A stretch of 64,000 bases of DNA, taken from the NCBI GenBank assembly GCA_036351155.1, contig JAZBOO010000099.1:11636-75635 (forward strand), given 5' to 3'. Below, one piece after another: positions 18,383-27,439 of the stretch. The notes under the pieces were generated by a model that saw only the letters and a program-made list of their open reading frames with translations, did no database searches and was not told where the DNA came from. The position numbers were made by a program, and so were the translations under genes. Numbering within the stretch: position 1 is the stretch's first letter; every line of letters begins with the position of its first letter. Source of the stretch: Candidatus Krumholzibacteriia bacterium (GTDB lineage Bacteria; Krumholzibacteriota; Krumholzibacteriia; LZORAL124-64-63).

Positions 18383-20251
18383 TCAGGGGCCTGAATCCTG
18401 GAGAGTGATGGTCCAGGCCAGCCGCCGGGCATGGCCCGCCTCATCCTCCACGCTGACCTCCAGGGTATGGGCCCCCGCCTGAACGGTATCCGGCAGGGTG
18501 ACCAGGATGCGGTCCCGGATCAGGTCGGGCTCCGCAATCAACTGCCGCCCATCCAGCTGAACATCGACAGAAGCGGGAGAAACGCCGGATCCCTCGTCCA
18601 TCACCCGCACGGCGATCACCTCCCACCGAGGCAAGGTCACGCCGGGGATCTGGCTCACGGGCCCAGGCCGCACGGGCTCTTCCTGCGCGAGGGCCATCAC
18701 TGGAGCCTGGTCATCGCGCAAGACCGCATGCAGTCCCGGGTCCCGGATCGGGCAAGCCAGGGAACCATCGTCCAGGCTCAGCACCGGGCCCACCGGTTCC
18801 CAGGCGCCGCTGTCATTCTGCCGATAGACGGCCACGCCCGGATCCTGAGCCAGGTCAGCAGGCCAGGCCTCCGTCCCGGGAAATGGTATGGTCAGCTCGG
18901 CATCGACCACCCAGTCGGCCGCCTGCACCAGAACCCCGGGCCCGGCCTGGGACAGGCCCTGCGCCGTCAGGCCCTCCTGGGTGGGAATCGCCACCGCAGA
19001 CACCAGAACGGTCATGGGTTCCAGCACGGGGTCACCCTGTCCGGGATGCAAGGAAAGAACCTGGACCGCGGCATCAGCCGGGACGCCTTCCTGCAAGAAT
19101 GGAGTCAGCCGGAATCCCCCGGAATCGCGGACCCCCATGGGACGGGGTGTCCAGGCCGTGGCCTCCAGCTGGGGGCGAACCCCGACCACCAGATCCCAGC
19201 GGGCTTCGGTGCTGTTGCCCGCACGGTCGGTGGCCCGCAGAACCACGCGATGCACGCCCTTGCTCAACCCCTCTCCCTCGGTGCCCAGATACCACAGATC
19301 TCCTGTCCGACCCTCGAGAGTATTGGCCGGCCGCCGGTGCAACCAGCGTTCCCGGAACGCGCCGCCCTCAGTTGCCACCTTGTCCGCCCATTCCAGCCGT
19401 TGCAGGCTGTTCTGTTCGAACCCATACCATTCGTTGCGGCACTCATGGACCAGGGTGCCATCCACCTCCACCTCGATCAGCCAGGGTTCCAGCTTGTGGC
19501 CCCGGATGTCGGTTTTTTCCACGATCCGGGCACTGAAGGCCACCGGTCCGCTGGTGTTCAAGGTGGGCAAATCGCCCTCCAGGCCGGCCTCACCCCCACT
19601 CAGGTGATGCTCCAGCGGCTGGCCATTGACCAGGGTGCCCGCCTTGGCCGGCCAGGCGGTCAACCCGGTGATGACCGGGGCAATGGTGTCCTGGACCTCG
19701 AATCCCTGAGCTTGGGGATCCAGAGGCCGCCCTTGCGCATCCCGCACCTCGAAATGCAGATGAGGCCCGTTGGTCCCCGATTGACCACTCAACCCCAGCA
19801 CTTGCCCCCGCTGGACCGCCCACTTGCCCGGACTGAAATAAAGCTGGGTCCGGTAGCGGCCGTTTTCCTGCTGGCTGCGCACCACCTTCTCGCGGATCTC
19901 ATCGGCAAAGCGCTTCAGATGGGCATACACATAGGTGCGGCCCGACACACCCTGCAGATAGACCGCCCGGCCGTAGGCCCCCGGGCTGGTGCGCACCCGG
20001 ACAATGTGCGCATCCTCCACTGCATACACGGGGAACCCCTCCTGGGACCGGGTTTTCAGGTCGATCCCGGCGTGGAACCGGCCATCCCGATACTCCATGA
20101 AATTGCTGGTCAGGTACCGGGTCCCCAGATCCATGGGCCAGCGCGGAGCCTCTTCGGCCGCGCCGCCCTTTTCCGGCCAGAGGCAGGCCTGGAGCGCCAG
20201 CAGCAAAACAATGAGGTAAAGATGAGCGTGTGGCGAACGATTCAAGGACAT
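18383..20251 (-). CDS. M23-family metallopeptidase with C-terminal Ig-like domains
   Basis: Signal peptide; YRDGRFHAGID, YAHL and PHLHFE zinc motifs. Confidence 0.88.
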   Translation of the reverse strand: MSLNRSPHAHLYLIVLLLALQACLWPEKGGAAEEAPRWPMDLGTRYLTSNFMEYRDGRFHAGIDLKTRSQEGFPVYAVEDAHIVRVRTSPGAYGRAVYLQGVSGRTYVYAHLKRFADEIREKVVRSQQENGRYRTQLYFSPGKWAVQRGQVLGLSGQSGTNGPHLHFEVRDAQGRPLDPQAQGFEVQDTIAPVITGLTAWPAKAGTLVNGQPLEHHLSGGEAGLEGDLPTLNTSGPVAFSARIVEKTDIRGHKLEPWLIEVEVDGTLVHECRNEWYGFEQNSLQRLEWADKVATEGGAFRERWLHRRPANTLEGRTGDLWYLGTEGEGLSKGVHRVVLRATDRAGNSTEARWDLVVGVRPQLEATAWTPRPMGVRDSGGFRLTPFLQEGVPADAAVQVLSLHPGQGDPVLEPMTVLVSAVAIPTQEGLTAQGLSQAGPGVLVQAADWVVDAELTIPFPGTEAWPADLAQDPGVAVYRQNDSGAWEPVGPVLSLDDGSLACPIRDPGLHAVLRDDQAPVMALAQEEPVRPGPVSQIPGVTLPRWEVIAVRVMDEGSGVSPASVDVQLDGRQLIAEPDLIRDRILVTLPDTVQAGAHTLEVSVEDEAGHARRLAWTITLQDSGP

Positions 20252-20413
20252 GGCGAAGGTCGCTCCGGTTGGGGTTTCAGGGTCAGGTCAGGGCCCACCT
20301 TTTTGGGGACAAGCCATGTTCTGGACTGTACAATAAATGATGTGGAAGGATCCACGCCACTGGATGTTCAGGCAAACATCCAGCAATCTCCTCAAAACCA
20401 CGGGAGGGTGTAC

Positions 20414-21766
20414 ATGGACACAACCTCAGGCCACTGGATCGATGATCAGGCCACCATCCCCGTGCCTACCGGCAAATGTTTTCTCCTGGATACCAACGTT
20501 CTGCTGCACGACGCCGACAGCCTGGCTGCTTTCGAGGACAACAACATCGTCCTGACGGTGGATGTGCTCGAGGAACTGGACCGTTTCAAGCGCGGCAACG
20601 ACGAGAAGGCCCGCAACGCGCGGCGGGTCATCCGCACCATCGACGCCCTGCGCGATGGCCAGCCCCTCAGTCAGGGCGTGCCCCTGCCCGAGGGGGGCAA
20701 GCTCTACATCCTGGTGAAGTCCTTCCTCGATTTCCTGCCCAAGGGCATGGACCGGTCCATCACCGACAACCGCATCCTGGCCGCCGGGTGCGCCCTGGAA
20801 AAGGCCGGCGTCGAGGTCCCCTTCGTGACCAAGGACATCAACGCCCGGGTCAAGGCCGACGCCCTGGGCATCAAGGCCGATGATTTTTTGAGCCGCACCG
20901 TGAACTTCGATGAGCTGTACACCGGCTGGAGCGAGCACGATGTGCCCCAGGAAGTGGTCGACAACTTTTATCAAGGCACACCGACCAGCCTGGAACACGA
21001 GTTCAGCCCCAACGAGTGTGTGCTGCTGAAAAGTGAAAGCAATCCCAAGCACTCCGCGCGTGGGATTTTCCGCGCGGAGTCGAATCTCATCGAACCTTTG
21101 CAGCATGCCGACACCCACCCCTGGGGTCTGAGTGCCCGCAACTTGCAGCAGCACTTTGCTCTGGAATTGCTTTTGCGGGAGGACATCAGGCTGGTGACCA
21201 TGCTGGGCCAGGCCGGGACCGGCAAGACCCTGCTGGCTCTGGCGGTGGGCCTGCAAATGGCCGCCGAGGACAAGAAGTACCGACGCATCATGGTCAGCCG
21301 GCCCATCATGCCGCTGGGCAAGGACATCGGCTACCTGCCCGGCAGCAAGGACGAGAAGCTGAGCAGCTGGATGCAGCCGGTTTCCGACAATCTGCAGTAC
21401 CTGGTCGACCCCAAGCTGGAACACAGCGGGGACAAGGTGCAGTACCTGTACGATACGGGTGTGGTCGAGGTGGAGGCGGTGACCTACATCCGCGGGCGCA
21501 GCTTGCCGAAGCTGTTCATCATCATCGATGAGGCTCAGAACCTGACCCCCCACGAGGTCAAGACGGTGGTCAGCCGGGCGGGTGAAGATGCCAAGGTGGT
21601 GTTGACGGGCGATGCGTACCAGATCGACAACCCGTACCTGGACGCGTCCAGCAACGGGTTGACCTACGTGGTGGAGCGGTTCAAGAACCAACCCATTCAC
21701 GGGCACATCACGCTGGCCAAGAGCGAGCGCAGCGAGCTGGCCAGCCTGGCGGCGGACCTGCTGTAG
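20414..21766 (+). CDS. PIN-PhoH (PhoH2/YlaK-like) RNA helicase/nuclease
   Basis: PIN motifs LDTNVLL, DNRIL, TKDIN; P-loop GQAGTGKT; GYLPG, RGRS, DEAQN. GGAGG SD before ATG 20414. Confidence 0.92.
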   Translation: MDTTSGHWIDDQATIPVPTGKCFLLDTNVLLHDADSLAAFEDNNIVLTVDVLEELDRFKRGNDEKARNARRVIRTIDALRDGQPLSQGVPLPEGGKLYILVKSFLDFLPKGMDRSITDNRILAAGCALEKAGVEVPFVTKDINARVKADALGIKADDFLSRTVNFDELYTGWSEHDVPQEVVDNFYQGTPTSLEHEFSPNECVLLKSESNPKHSARGIFRAESNLIEPLQHADTHPWGLSARNLQQHFALELLLREDIRLVTMLGQAGTGKTLLALAVGLQMAAEDKKYRRIMVSRPIMPLGKDIGYLPGSKDEKLSSWMQPVSDNLQYLVDPKLEHSGDKVQYLYDTGVVEVEAVTYIRGRSLPKLFIIIDEAQNLTPHEVKTVVSRAGEDAKVVLTGDAYQIDNPYLDASSNGLTYVVERFKNQPIHGHITLAKSERSELASLAADLL

Positions 21767-21772
21767 GTCCGG

Positions 21773-22540
21773 CTAGTTGTCGGCGGGCTCGGCCTCAGCT
21801 GGCTGGGCCCGCTCCAGCAGGAACTGACGCATCTGCCCCAGCAAGCAGGCATTGGCCCGCTTGACGGCCTTGGTCAGGTGCTCGTCCACGAACCGCTGAT
21901 CCTGGCGACTGGTGGCCGCCGCATAGATGCGATCCTCGTACTCTCCCAGGCAGGACTTGCTCCAGAGCAAATTCCCCGTGCGATCCTTCAACGTCAGGCG
22001 CACCTCGGCCTCGGCCCGATTCCGGCTGGGCATGGGCACCGCCACCACGGCCACCGCGCCCAGCACGGCGCCCAGCTTGGCGCGATCGGACCCATCCTCA
22101 CCCAGGGCCAGTCCCATGGCCCCACCGATCAGGGCGGGAATGAAAAAAGACCCCGCCGTGCGTTCGAACCGACATCCCATGGAAAGAATATCAGCCGACA
22201 GCACGTAGTCGGCCTGCCCGCGCAGCGGCACCAGCTGAACCAGATTGGTTTGCTCGGTGTCCTGGGCCAGAGCCTCGGCGTAGACCTGGGCCACGGGGCG
22301 GTCCCAGGATCTGTCGGCGGGATAGTCGATCCCCAGGAACTTTCCGCCGCCCTGCCGTTGATTGAGGGGACGCATGTCGGTCACGCTGTCGATGTAGACC
22401 GAGGGGGTCCGGATATTGGCCAGCCGAAAATCGATCTCCTCGCCCGGGTAGTTGAACACGATCTTCTCCCCCGAGCAGGCGCCCAGCAGGAGCAGAACGG
22501 GAAGGAGCAAGAGGATCCGGAAACGGGAGTCGGTCATCAT
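21773..22540 (-). CDS. Lipoprotein (YajG-like alpha/beta fold) with an internal Gly-rich hydrophobic hairpin
   Basis: Lipobox LLGAC; IDSVTDMRP; GGAMGLALG...LGAVLGAVAV. Confidence 0.6.
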   Translation of the reverse strand: MMTDSRFRILLLLPVLLLLGACSGEKIVFNYPGEEIDFRLANIRTPSVYIDSVTDMRPLNQRQGGGKFLGIDYPADRSWDRPVAQVYAEALAQDTEQTNLVQLVPLRGQADYVLSADILSMGCRFERTAGSFFIPALIGGAMGLALGEDGSDRAKLGAVLGAVAVVAVPMPSRNRAEAEVRLTLKDRTGNLLWSKSCLGEYEDRIYAAATSRQDQRFVDEHLTKAVKRANACLLGQMRQFLLERAQPAEAEPADN

Positions 22541-22604
22541 GATCAGTCCTTTGGACTTGTGCGTGCACGCCAGTTCAATTTCTCCAACCCGGGTCAGCTT
22601 AAAA

Positions 22605-23402
22605 TTAGGGTATGACCGCTTTCAAGGCCAGTCCTGGTCGCAATCCCAGGCGCCGGGCCGCGCTTTCGCCGCGGCAGGCAATTTCCAGTGTGCCGGCACT
22701 TCCCCAGTACCAGAACGGTTCCCCCGGAGAACCTTCGCTGTAGCTGATGAGGGGGCCGGGCACCCTGTATCCCCCCACTTCAACCGGAAGGCCTTGATCC
22801 AGTTGCTGTCCGGTGGCTCCCAGGCGTGGCAGGTCGGTGATGGCGTTGCCGAAGCGATCGATCCAGCGGATGGTGAAGGCCTGGCCAGTATTTTGAGGGC
22901 TGTCCAGGCGACCCAGCAATGCGGTCTCACACGGGTTCCCCACTTGATCCAGTGGAACCCCGCAGGCCAGTTGGGCCGCCACCGGCGCAAAGATATCCCG
23001 GCCGTGGAAGGTGGTGGAAACACCATGGGCGCTGTGGTAAAGGGGGTTATCCAGTACCACGACCTCCGTGACCTCCGCGGCCAGAAAAGCAAACAAGCCG
23101 TTGCCAGGCCCCACGAAGAACTGACCTCGGGCCGCCACCGCCAGGGGCGCGCGGGCGCTCCCCACTCCGGGATCCACCACGGCCAGGTGCACGGTGCCCC
23201 GCGGGAAGCGGTGATGGACGCGTTCCAGGAACCAGGCCGCAGCAGCCACATCACCGGGAGGAATATCATGTCCGAGGTCCTGGGTCCGGGGGAAGGTTGT
23301 CCCCTCGGGCCAGCGGGCCCATTGCTCATCCAGGGCCGCCTTCATCTCGGCTAGCCAGGGATCGCTCCAGCCGAAATCCGTCAGGAGGGTGACCACGGAC
23401 AT
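22605..23402 (-). CDS. SAM hydroxide adenosyltransferase (DUF62 / SAM hydrolase family)
   Basis: LLTDFG, VVDPGVGSAR, STTFHGRDIFAP, IDRFGN. Start 23402 has an AGGAG SD. Confidence 0.9.
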   Translation of the reverse strand: MSVVTLLTDFGWSDPWLAEMKAALDEQWARWPEGTTFPRTQDLGHDIPPGDVAAAAWFLERVHHRFPRGTVHLAVVDPGVGSARAPLAVAARGQFFVGPGNGLFAFLAAEVTEVVVLDNPLYHSAHGVSTTFHGRDIFAPVAAQLACGVPLDQVGNPCETALLGRLDSPQNTGQAFTIRWIDRFGNAITDLPRLGATGQQLDQGLPVEVGGYRVPGPLISYSEGSPGEPFWYWGSAGTLEIACRGESAARRLGLRPGLALKAVIP

Positions 23403-23404
23403 GG

Positions 23405-25018
23405 TTACTCCTGCCCGACATGGTGGGCGTGCGGACGGCTTCCCACCTTGAAAACCAGAAGGCCCACCCCAGCAGCCCCCAGGATCAACGACACCCAGGG
23501 CGACACCCCGAAACCCGCCGGCAAATAACCACAAAGCATGGCCACCCCGGCCACCGCCAGTGCGTAGGGCATCTGGGTACGCACATGGTCCACATGGTCA
23601 CATCCCGAGGCCAGGCTGGACATGATGGTGGTATCGCTGATGGGAGAACAGTGATCACCCCACACCGCACCGGCCAGCACCGCGCTGACGGAAGCCAGAT
23701 GAATGGCGGCCGCGATTTCCGGCGACAATCCCGCCGCCGCGGGCAACTGGATGCCCATGGGAAAGACCAGCGGCATGAGGATGGCCATGGTGCCCCAGCT
23801 GGTACCGGTGGCAAAGCTGATCGCCGCAGCCAGAACAAAAACCACCGCGGGCAACAGCCGCGCCGACAGGATCTGCTGACTGACGGCCACCAGATAGTCG
23901 GCCGTGTTCAGCTCCTCGCACACCGCGCTCAGCGACCAGGCCAGAATCAGGATGGTGATGGCGATCAGCATGCTCTTGCAGCCGTCAACGAAGCCGTCCA
24001 GGGCCTCGGCCAGGCTGAGGCGCCGAGCTCCCACCGCCAGCAGAATGGCCAGCACCGCCCCCACCAGGGCAGCCCAGGTGAGCACCGCGAAGCTGTCGGC
24101 GTTGTTGAGGATCTCTCGGAGCGTGGGCGCTGCAAGTCCCGACGCCAGAGCGGTTTGCCGGCCTCCGAGATACAGCCCCAGCGCAGTGGTCAAGATCACG
24201 GCCAGGATGGGAAAACCGGCCAGCGCCGGATGCGCGGCCCCGGTGGTTTGCGGTCCAAATCGTTCGGTGTCGCCCAGCTGGTTCACCGGCGCATCGCTGG
24301 CCGGGCGCGACCCTGGGCGCAGAACAAGCCCCTCCTCCACGGCCCTTTTTTCCGCCTTGAGCATGGGGCCGAAATCCCGGCCACTGGCGGCCACCAGGTA
24401 AACGAACAGGAGCATCAGCAAGGGATAAAAACTGTAAGGGATGCTTCGCAGAAAGAAGGTGTAGGCCTCCCCCCCATCACCCTGAAGCTTGACCATGGCA
24501 TCCTGAAGCAAACCGACCTCGAAGCCCACCCAGGTGGAGATGATCGCCACCGTGGTCACGGGTGCGGCGGTGCTGTCGACCAGCCAGGCCAGCTTTTCCC
24601 GGCTGATGCGCAGGCGGTCGGTCAATGGGCGCATGGTCGAGCCCACCAGGAGGGTGTTGGCGTAGTCGTCGAAAAAAATCAGGGTGCCCATGACCGTGGT
24701 GCTGGTCATGCCGCCGCGCCGCCCTCTCACGTGGCCACTCAACCAGTGCACGATGCCTTCGGTGGCGCCGCTGCGGGACAGGACGCCCACCATGCCGCCC
24801 AGGATGGTGGAAAACAGGATAATCGCGGCATGGGAGGCATCGGCCACGGCTCCGACCAGATACCTGTCGCCAATGCGCAGAAAGGCCGTGGCAGGATTCC
24901 CTTCCACGAGGGTGCCGCCCAGCCAGATCCCCAGCACCAGGGCCACGATGACCTGCCGGGTGATCAGTGCCAGGGTGATGGCCAGCAAGGGAGGCAGAAC
25001 CGAAAGCCAGGAGTCCAT
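23405..25018 (-). CDS. Na+/H+ antiporter NhaC-family transporter
   Basis: IFFDDYAN, SREKLA..VDSTAAP, FATGTSWGT, GDHCSPISDTT motifs; many TM helices. Confidence 0.92.
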   Translation of the reverse strand: MDSWLSVLPPLLAITLALITRQVIVALVLGIWLGGTLVEGNPATAFLRIGDRYLVGAVADASHAAIILFSTILGGMVGVLSRSGATEGIVHWLSGHVRGRRGGMTSTTVMGTLIFFDDYANTLLVGSTMRPLTDRLRISREKLAWLVDSTAAPVTTVAIISTWVGFEVGLLQDAMVKLQGDGGEAYTFFLRSIPYSFYPLLMLLFVYLVAASGRDFGPMLKAEKRAVEEGLVLRPGSRPASDAPVNQLGDTERFGPQTTGAAHPALAGFPILAVILTTALGLYLGGRQTALASGLAAPTLREILNNADSFAVLTWAALVGAVLAILLAVGARRLSLAEALDGFVDGCKSMLIAITILILAWSLSAVCEELNTADYLVAVSQQILSARLLPAVVFVLAAAISFATGTSWGTMAILMPLVFPMGIQLPAAAGLSPEIAAAIHLASVSAVLAGAVWGDHCSPISDTTIMSSLASGCDHVDHVRTQMPYALAVAGVAMLCGYLPAGFGVSPWVSLILGAAGVGLLVFKVGSRPHAHHVGQE

Positions 25019-25341
25019 CAGGTGTCCCCGCCTTCGGCCCAGCGGGCATAGGAGGAACTGACGTGGTCGGCCGTCCAGCCGATCATCTGCGGCACATCGT
25101 AGGGGTGCTTCAGTTCCAGTTCACCGCAGAACAGGGGAAAGCGGCTGGCCAGGACCTTGAAGGTCACGGCCACCTCGGAGTCCTTCTGCACGGCTCCCTC
25201 CCAGCGGTAGTAAGAAGTCAGATCGGCTCCCACCTGGGCACACACGGCCAGGCCGGCATCGACCAGATGGTGGGCCGTCTTCTCGGCGATGGCCCGGTCG
25301 GGAAAGGTGCTCGTCAGGATCATCAGCTTGTCGTCACTCAT
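25018..25341 (-). CDS. cutA: Divalent-cation tolerance protein CutA
   Basis: LAVCAQ, SYYRWEG, HPYDVP motifs. Confidence 0.92.
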   Translation of the reverse strand: MSDDKLMILTSTFPDRAIAEKTAHHLVDAGLAVCAQVGADLTSYYRWEGAVQKDSEVAVTFKVLASRFPLFCGELELKHPYDVPQMIGWTADHVSSSYARWAEGGDT

Positions 25342-26162
25342 GGGGTTCCGTCCGATCCGCCTGCTGCCAGCAGGTCCACCATCACCTCGTGCAGCCCGGG
25401 AGCCGCCGCCAGGATGGTTTCAAAATGCAACCGCCGCGACTGCCCCGAAAAATCCGACACGAGGGCGCCGGCCTCGCGAGCGATCAGGGTCCCGGCGGCC
25501 GAGTCCCAGGGGCGCAGGCTGTATTCCCAGTAGCCGTCCAGCTTCCCGGCAGCCACATGGACCAGGTCCAGGGCCGCACTGCCGCCGCGGCGCACTCCAT
25601 GGCATTTGGCCTTGAGGAAACGGGCCACGTGACCGGTGTTCCTGTCCACCAGCTCATCTCTCACATAGGGAAAACCGGTGGCCAGGAGGGCCTGTTGCAG
25701 CTGAACCGGTTGCCGCTTTTCCAGAGGAAGACTGACTCCGTGGCGAGGCCGGATCACCACCGCACCTCCCTGATCGTGAGCCAGGTAGAGCTCGTCCAGG
25801 TAGGGAGCAAAGACCGCGCCCAGCAGGAGCTTCTCGTCACTGGCACAGGCCACCGAGACCGAGAAGAAGGGATAGCCGTGGGCATAGTTTGTGGTCCCAT
25901 CGAGGGGATCGATGTACCAGGTGCGCCCACTGGAGCCGGCGGCCTCGCCGGATTCCTCGGCCAGAAACTGATCCTGCGGAAAATGGTGCTGGAGGCCTTC
26001 AAGGAGGAACTCCTCCACTCGGCCGTCCAGGTCGGTGATCAGCTCGGTGGCCCGCTTGGTTGCGATGGGGCCCACCTGACCCATGCTGTCCAGCAGCATG
26101 CTGCCGGCGGCGGTGACCAGTTCCTGGACCACGAAAAGTTCTTCAGCCAGTTGTTCGGACAT
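25338..26162 (-). CDS. suhB: Inositol monophosphatase family protein (SuhB-like)
   Basis: AEES, WYIDPLDGTTNYAHG, RRGGSAALDL, WDSAAG. Start placed at MSEQ 26162. Confidence 0.9.
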   Translation of the reverse strand: MSEQLAEELFVVQELVTAAGSMLLDSMGQVGPIATKRATELITDLDGRVEEFLLEGLQHHFPQDQFLAEESGEAAGSSGRTWYIDPLDGTTNYAHGYPFFSVSVACASDEKLLLGAVFAPYLDELYLAHDQGGAVVIRPRHGVSLPLEKRQPVQLQQALLATGFPYVRDELVDRNTGHVARFLKAKCHGVRRGGSAALDLVHVAAGKLDGYWEYSLRPWDSAAGTLIAREAGALVSDFSGQSRRLHFETILAAAPGLHEVMVDLLAAGGSDGTP

Positions 26163-26253
26163 GGTGCGTTGACGCTCCCGGGATTGAGGGAAGTGGCCGG
26201 ATGAGGGCATCTTAGCCCACCGCTTCGTCGGGGACAACAACCGGTTGCCGGGG

Positions 26254-26281
26254 TTGACAACTTCCGCCATTGCCTTAGCTT
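26254..26281 (+). promoter_or_regulatory. Putative sigma70 promoter for the NifU-C gene
   Basis: TTGACA-16 nt-TAGCTT. Confidence 0.4.
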
Positions 26282-26331
26282 TGGAGGCAAGAAGACAGGT
26301 GGTCAGACAAACCCGTTCAAGAGGTATGGTC

Positions 26332-26550
26332 ATGAAGGAAAAGATTCTGGAAGTCCTGGACGAGATTCGCCCCGCGCTGCAGGCCGACGGCGGCGATGTC
26401 GAGTTCATCGATTACAACGACGGCGTCGTCCATGTGCGCATGCAGGGTGCCTGCGGCAGTTGCCCCATGAGCCTGATGACTCTCAAGCAGGGCATCGAGG
26501 CCCGCATGAAGGCCAGGATTCCCGAGGTCAAGTCCGTCGAGCAGATCTAG
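26332..26550 (+). CDS. NifU C-terminal domain (Nfu-type Fe-S carrier)
   Basis: IRPALQADGGDVE...GACGSCP...TLKQGIE; GAGG SD. Confidence 0.93.
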   Translation: MKEKILEVLDEIRPALQADGGDVEFIDYNDGVVHVRMQGACGSCPMSLMTLKQGIEARMKARIPEVKSVEQI

Positions 26551-26570
26551 CAGAGGCCCCATCGAGACCA

Positions 26571-26601
26571 CGCCGAGAGGTTCTTCCTCTCGGCGTTTTT
26601 T
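26571..26601 (+). terminator. Rho-independent terminator
   Basis: cgccgagagg-ttctt-cctctcggcg followed by tttttt. Confidence 0.85.
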
Positions 26602-26614
26602 ACGGGAGGCGTGA

Positions 26615-26857
26615 ATGTTCTTCATCTTCGGCTGGGGTGTGCCCCGCGTCACCGACCACGGGCCGGCCGAAACCCGCCAGTGTCCCCACTGTCACAACGA
26701 ACGCCCGTGGCATCTGCAGGAAAACAGCAGCTGGATCACGTTGTTTTTCCTGCCCGTCTGGCGCACGTCGCACAGTTTCAGCATCGTTTGCCCCATCTGC
26801 AACTTCGGTTACGAGTTGACCGATGGAGATCTGGAGCGGTATTTCCCGGGTCAGTGA
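26615..26857 (+). CDS. Zinc-ribbon domain protein
   Basis: MFFIFGWG, CPHC...WITLFFLPV...CPIC; GGAGG SD. Confidence 0.8.
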   Translation: MFFIFGWGVPRVTDHGPAETRQCPHCHNERPWHLQENSSWITLFFLPVWRTSHSFSIVCPICNFGYELTDGDLERYFPGQ

Positions 26858-27438
26858 TGGGCCAGCCACGCATCCAGGTCCATCACCTTGGCGTATGACC
26901 GCAAGGTGGTGAGGGTGGACAGGTGCACATCGGGGGCGGCCACCGTGCGGTTGCCGTACTTGAGATCGCGGGTGGCACAGGCATCCTGCACCACCACGCA
27001 GTCGAAACCCAGATCACTGGCCGCGCGCACCGCTCCCTCCAGGCACATATGGGTTTGCATGCCCACCAGCACCAGATCGGTCACCCTCTCCTCTTCCAGG
27101 AATTTACCCAGCCCCGTGTTCAGGAAGGCGTTGACCTCGTCCTTCATGAAGATCCGCTCACCCGGTTCCGGAGCCACCTCGGCGTGAAAACCTGCTCCCT
27201 GGGCTGCCTCGTGTCCCACGTGGACCACCAGATCGCCGGACTTGCGGAACTCCTGTAACACGCGACCGGCACGACGCGCCGCCAGGTCGGCATCGACCAG
27301 GGGCATGGCCCCCCCCGGGAAGTAGAAATCCTGGATATCGATGATGACCAGGGCGGTCCGGCCGGGTGGGGTACCCTGGGCGGCCACAGAGCCACCCAGG
27401 ATCAGCAGGACCAGAAGCACAAACGCGCCAAGCCTCAT
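26851..27438 (-). CDS. Isochorismatase-family cysteine hydrolase with signal peptide
   Basis: IIDIQ (Asp), MKDEVNAF (Lys), GMQTHMC (Cys); N-terminal hydrophobic signal ending SVAA. Confidence 0.88.
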   Translation of the reverse strand: MRLGAFVLLVLLILGGSVAAQGTPPGRTALVIIDIQDFYFPGGAMPLVDADLAARRAGRVLQEFRKSGDLVVHVGHEAAQGAGFHAEVAPEPGERIFMKDEVNAFLNTGLGKFLEEERVTDLVLVGMQTHMCLEGAVRAASDLGFDCVVVQDACATRDLKYGNRTVAAPDVHLSTLTTLRSYAKVMDLDAWLAHH

Positions 27439-27439
27439 G

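Noticed and set aside
18431..20413. 1111-aa plus-strand ORF suggesting a large N-terminal extension on PIN-PhoH
   Set aside because: The extension is the antisense shadow of the M23 gene. A good SD and ATG at 20414 mark the real start.
22605..23402. Possible fluorinase/chlorinase
   Set aside because: The Asp-Arg-His hydrolase triad motifs (VVDPGVGSAR, TFHGRD) are present, unlike halogenases, and there is no secondary-metabolite context.
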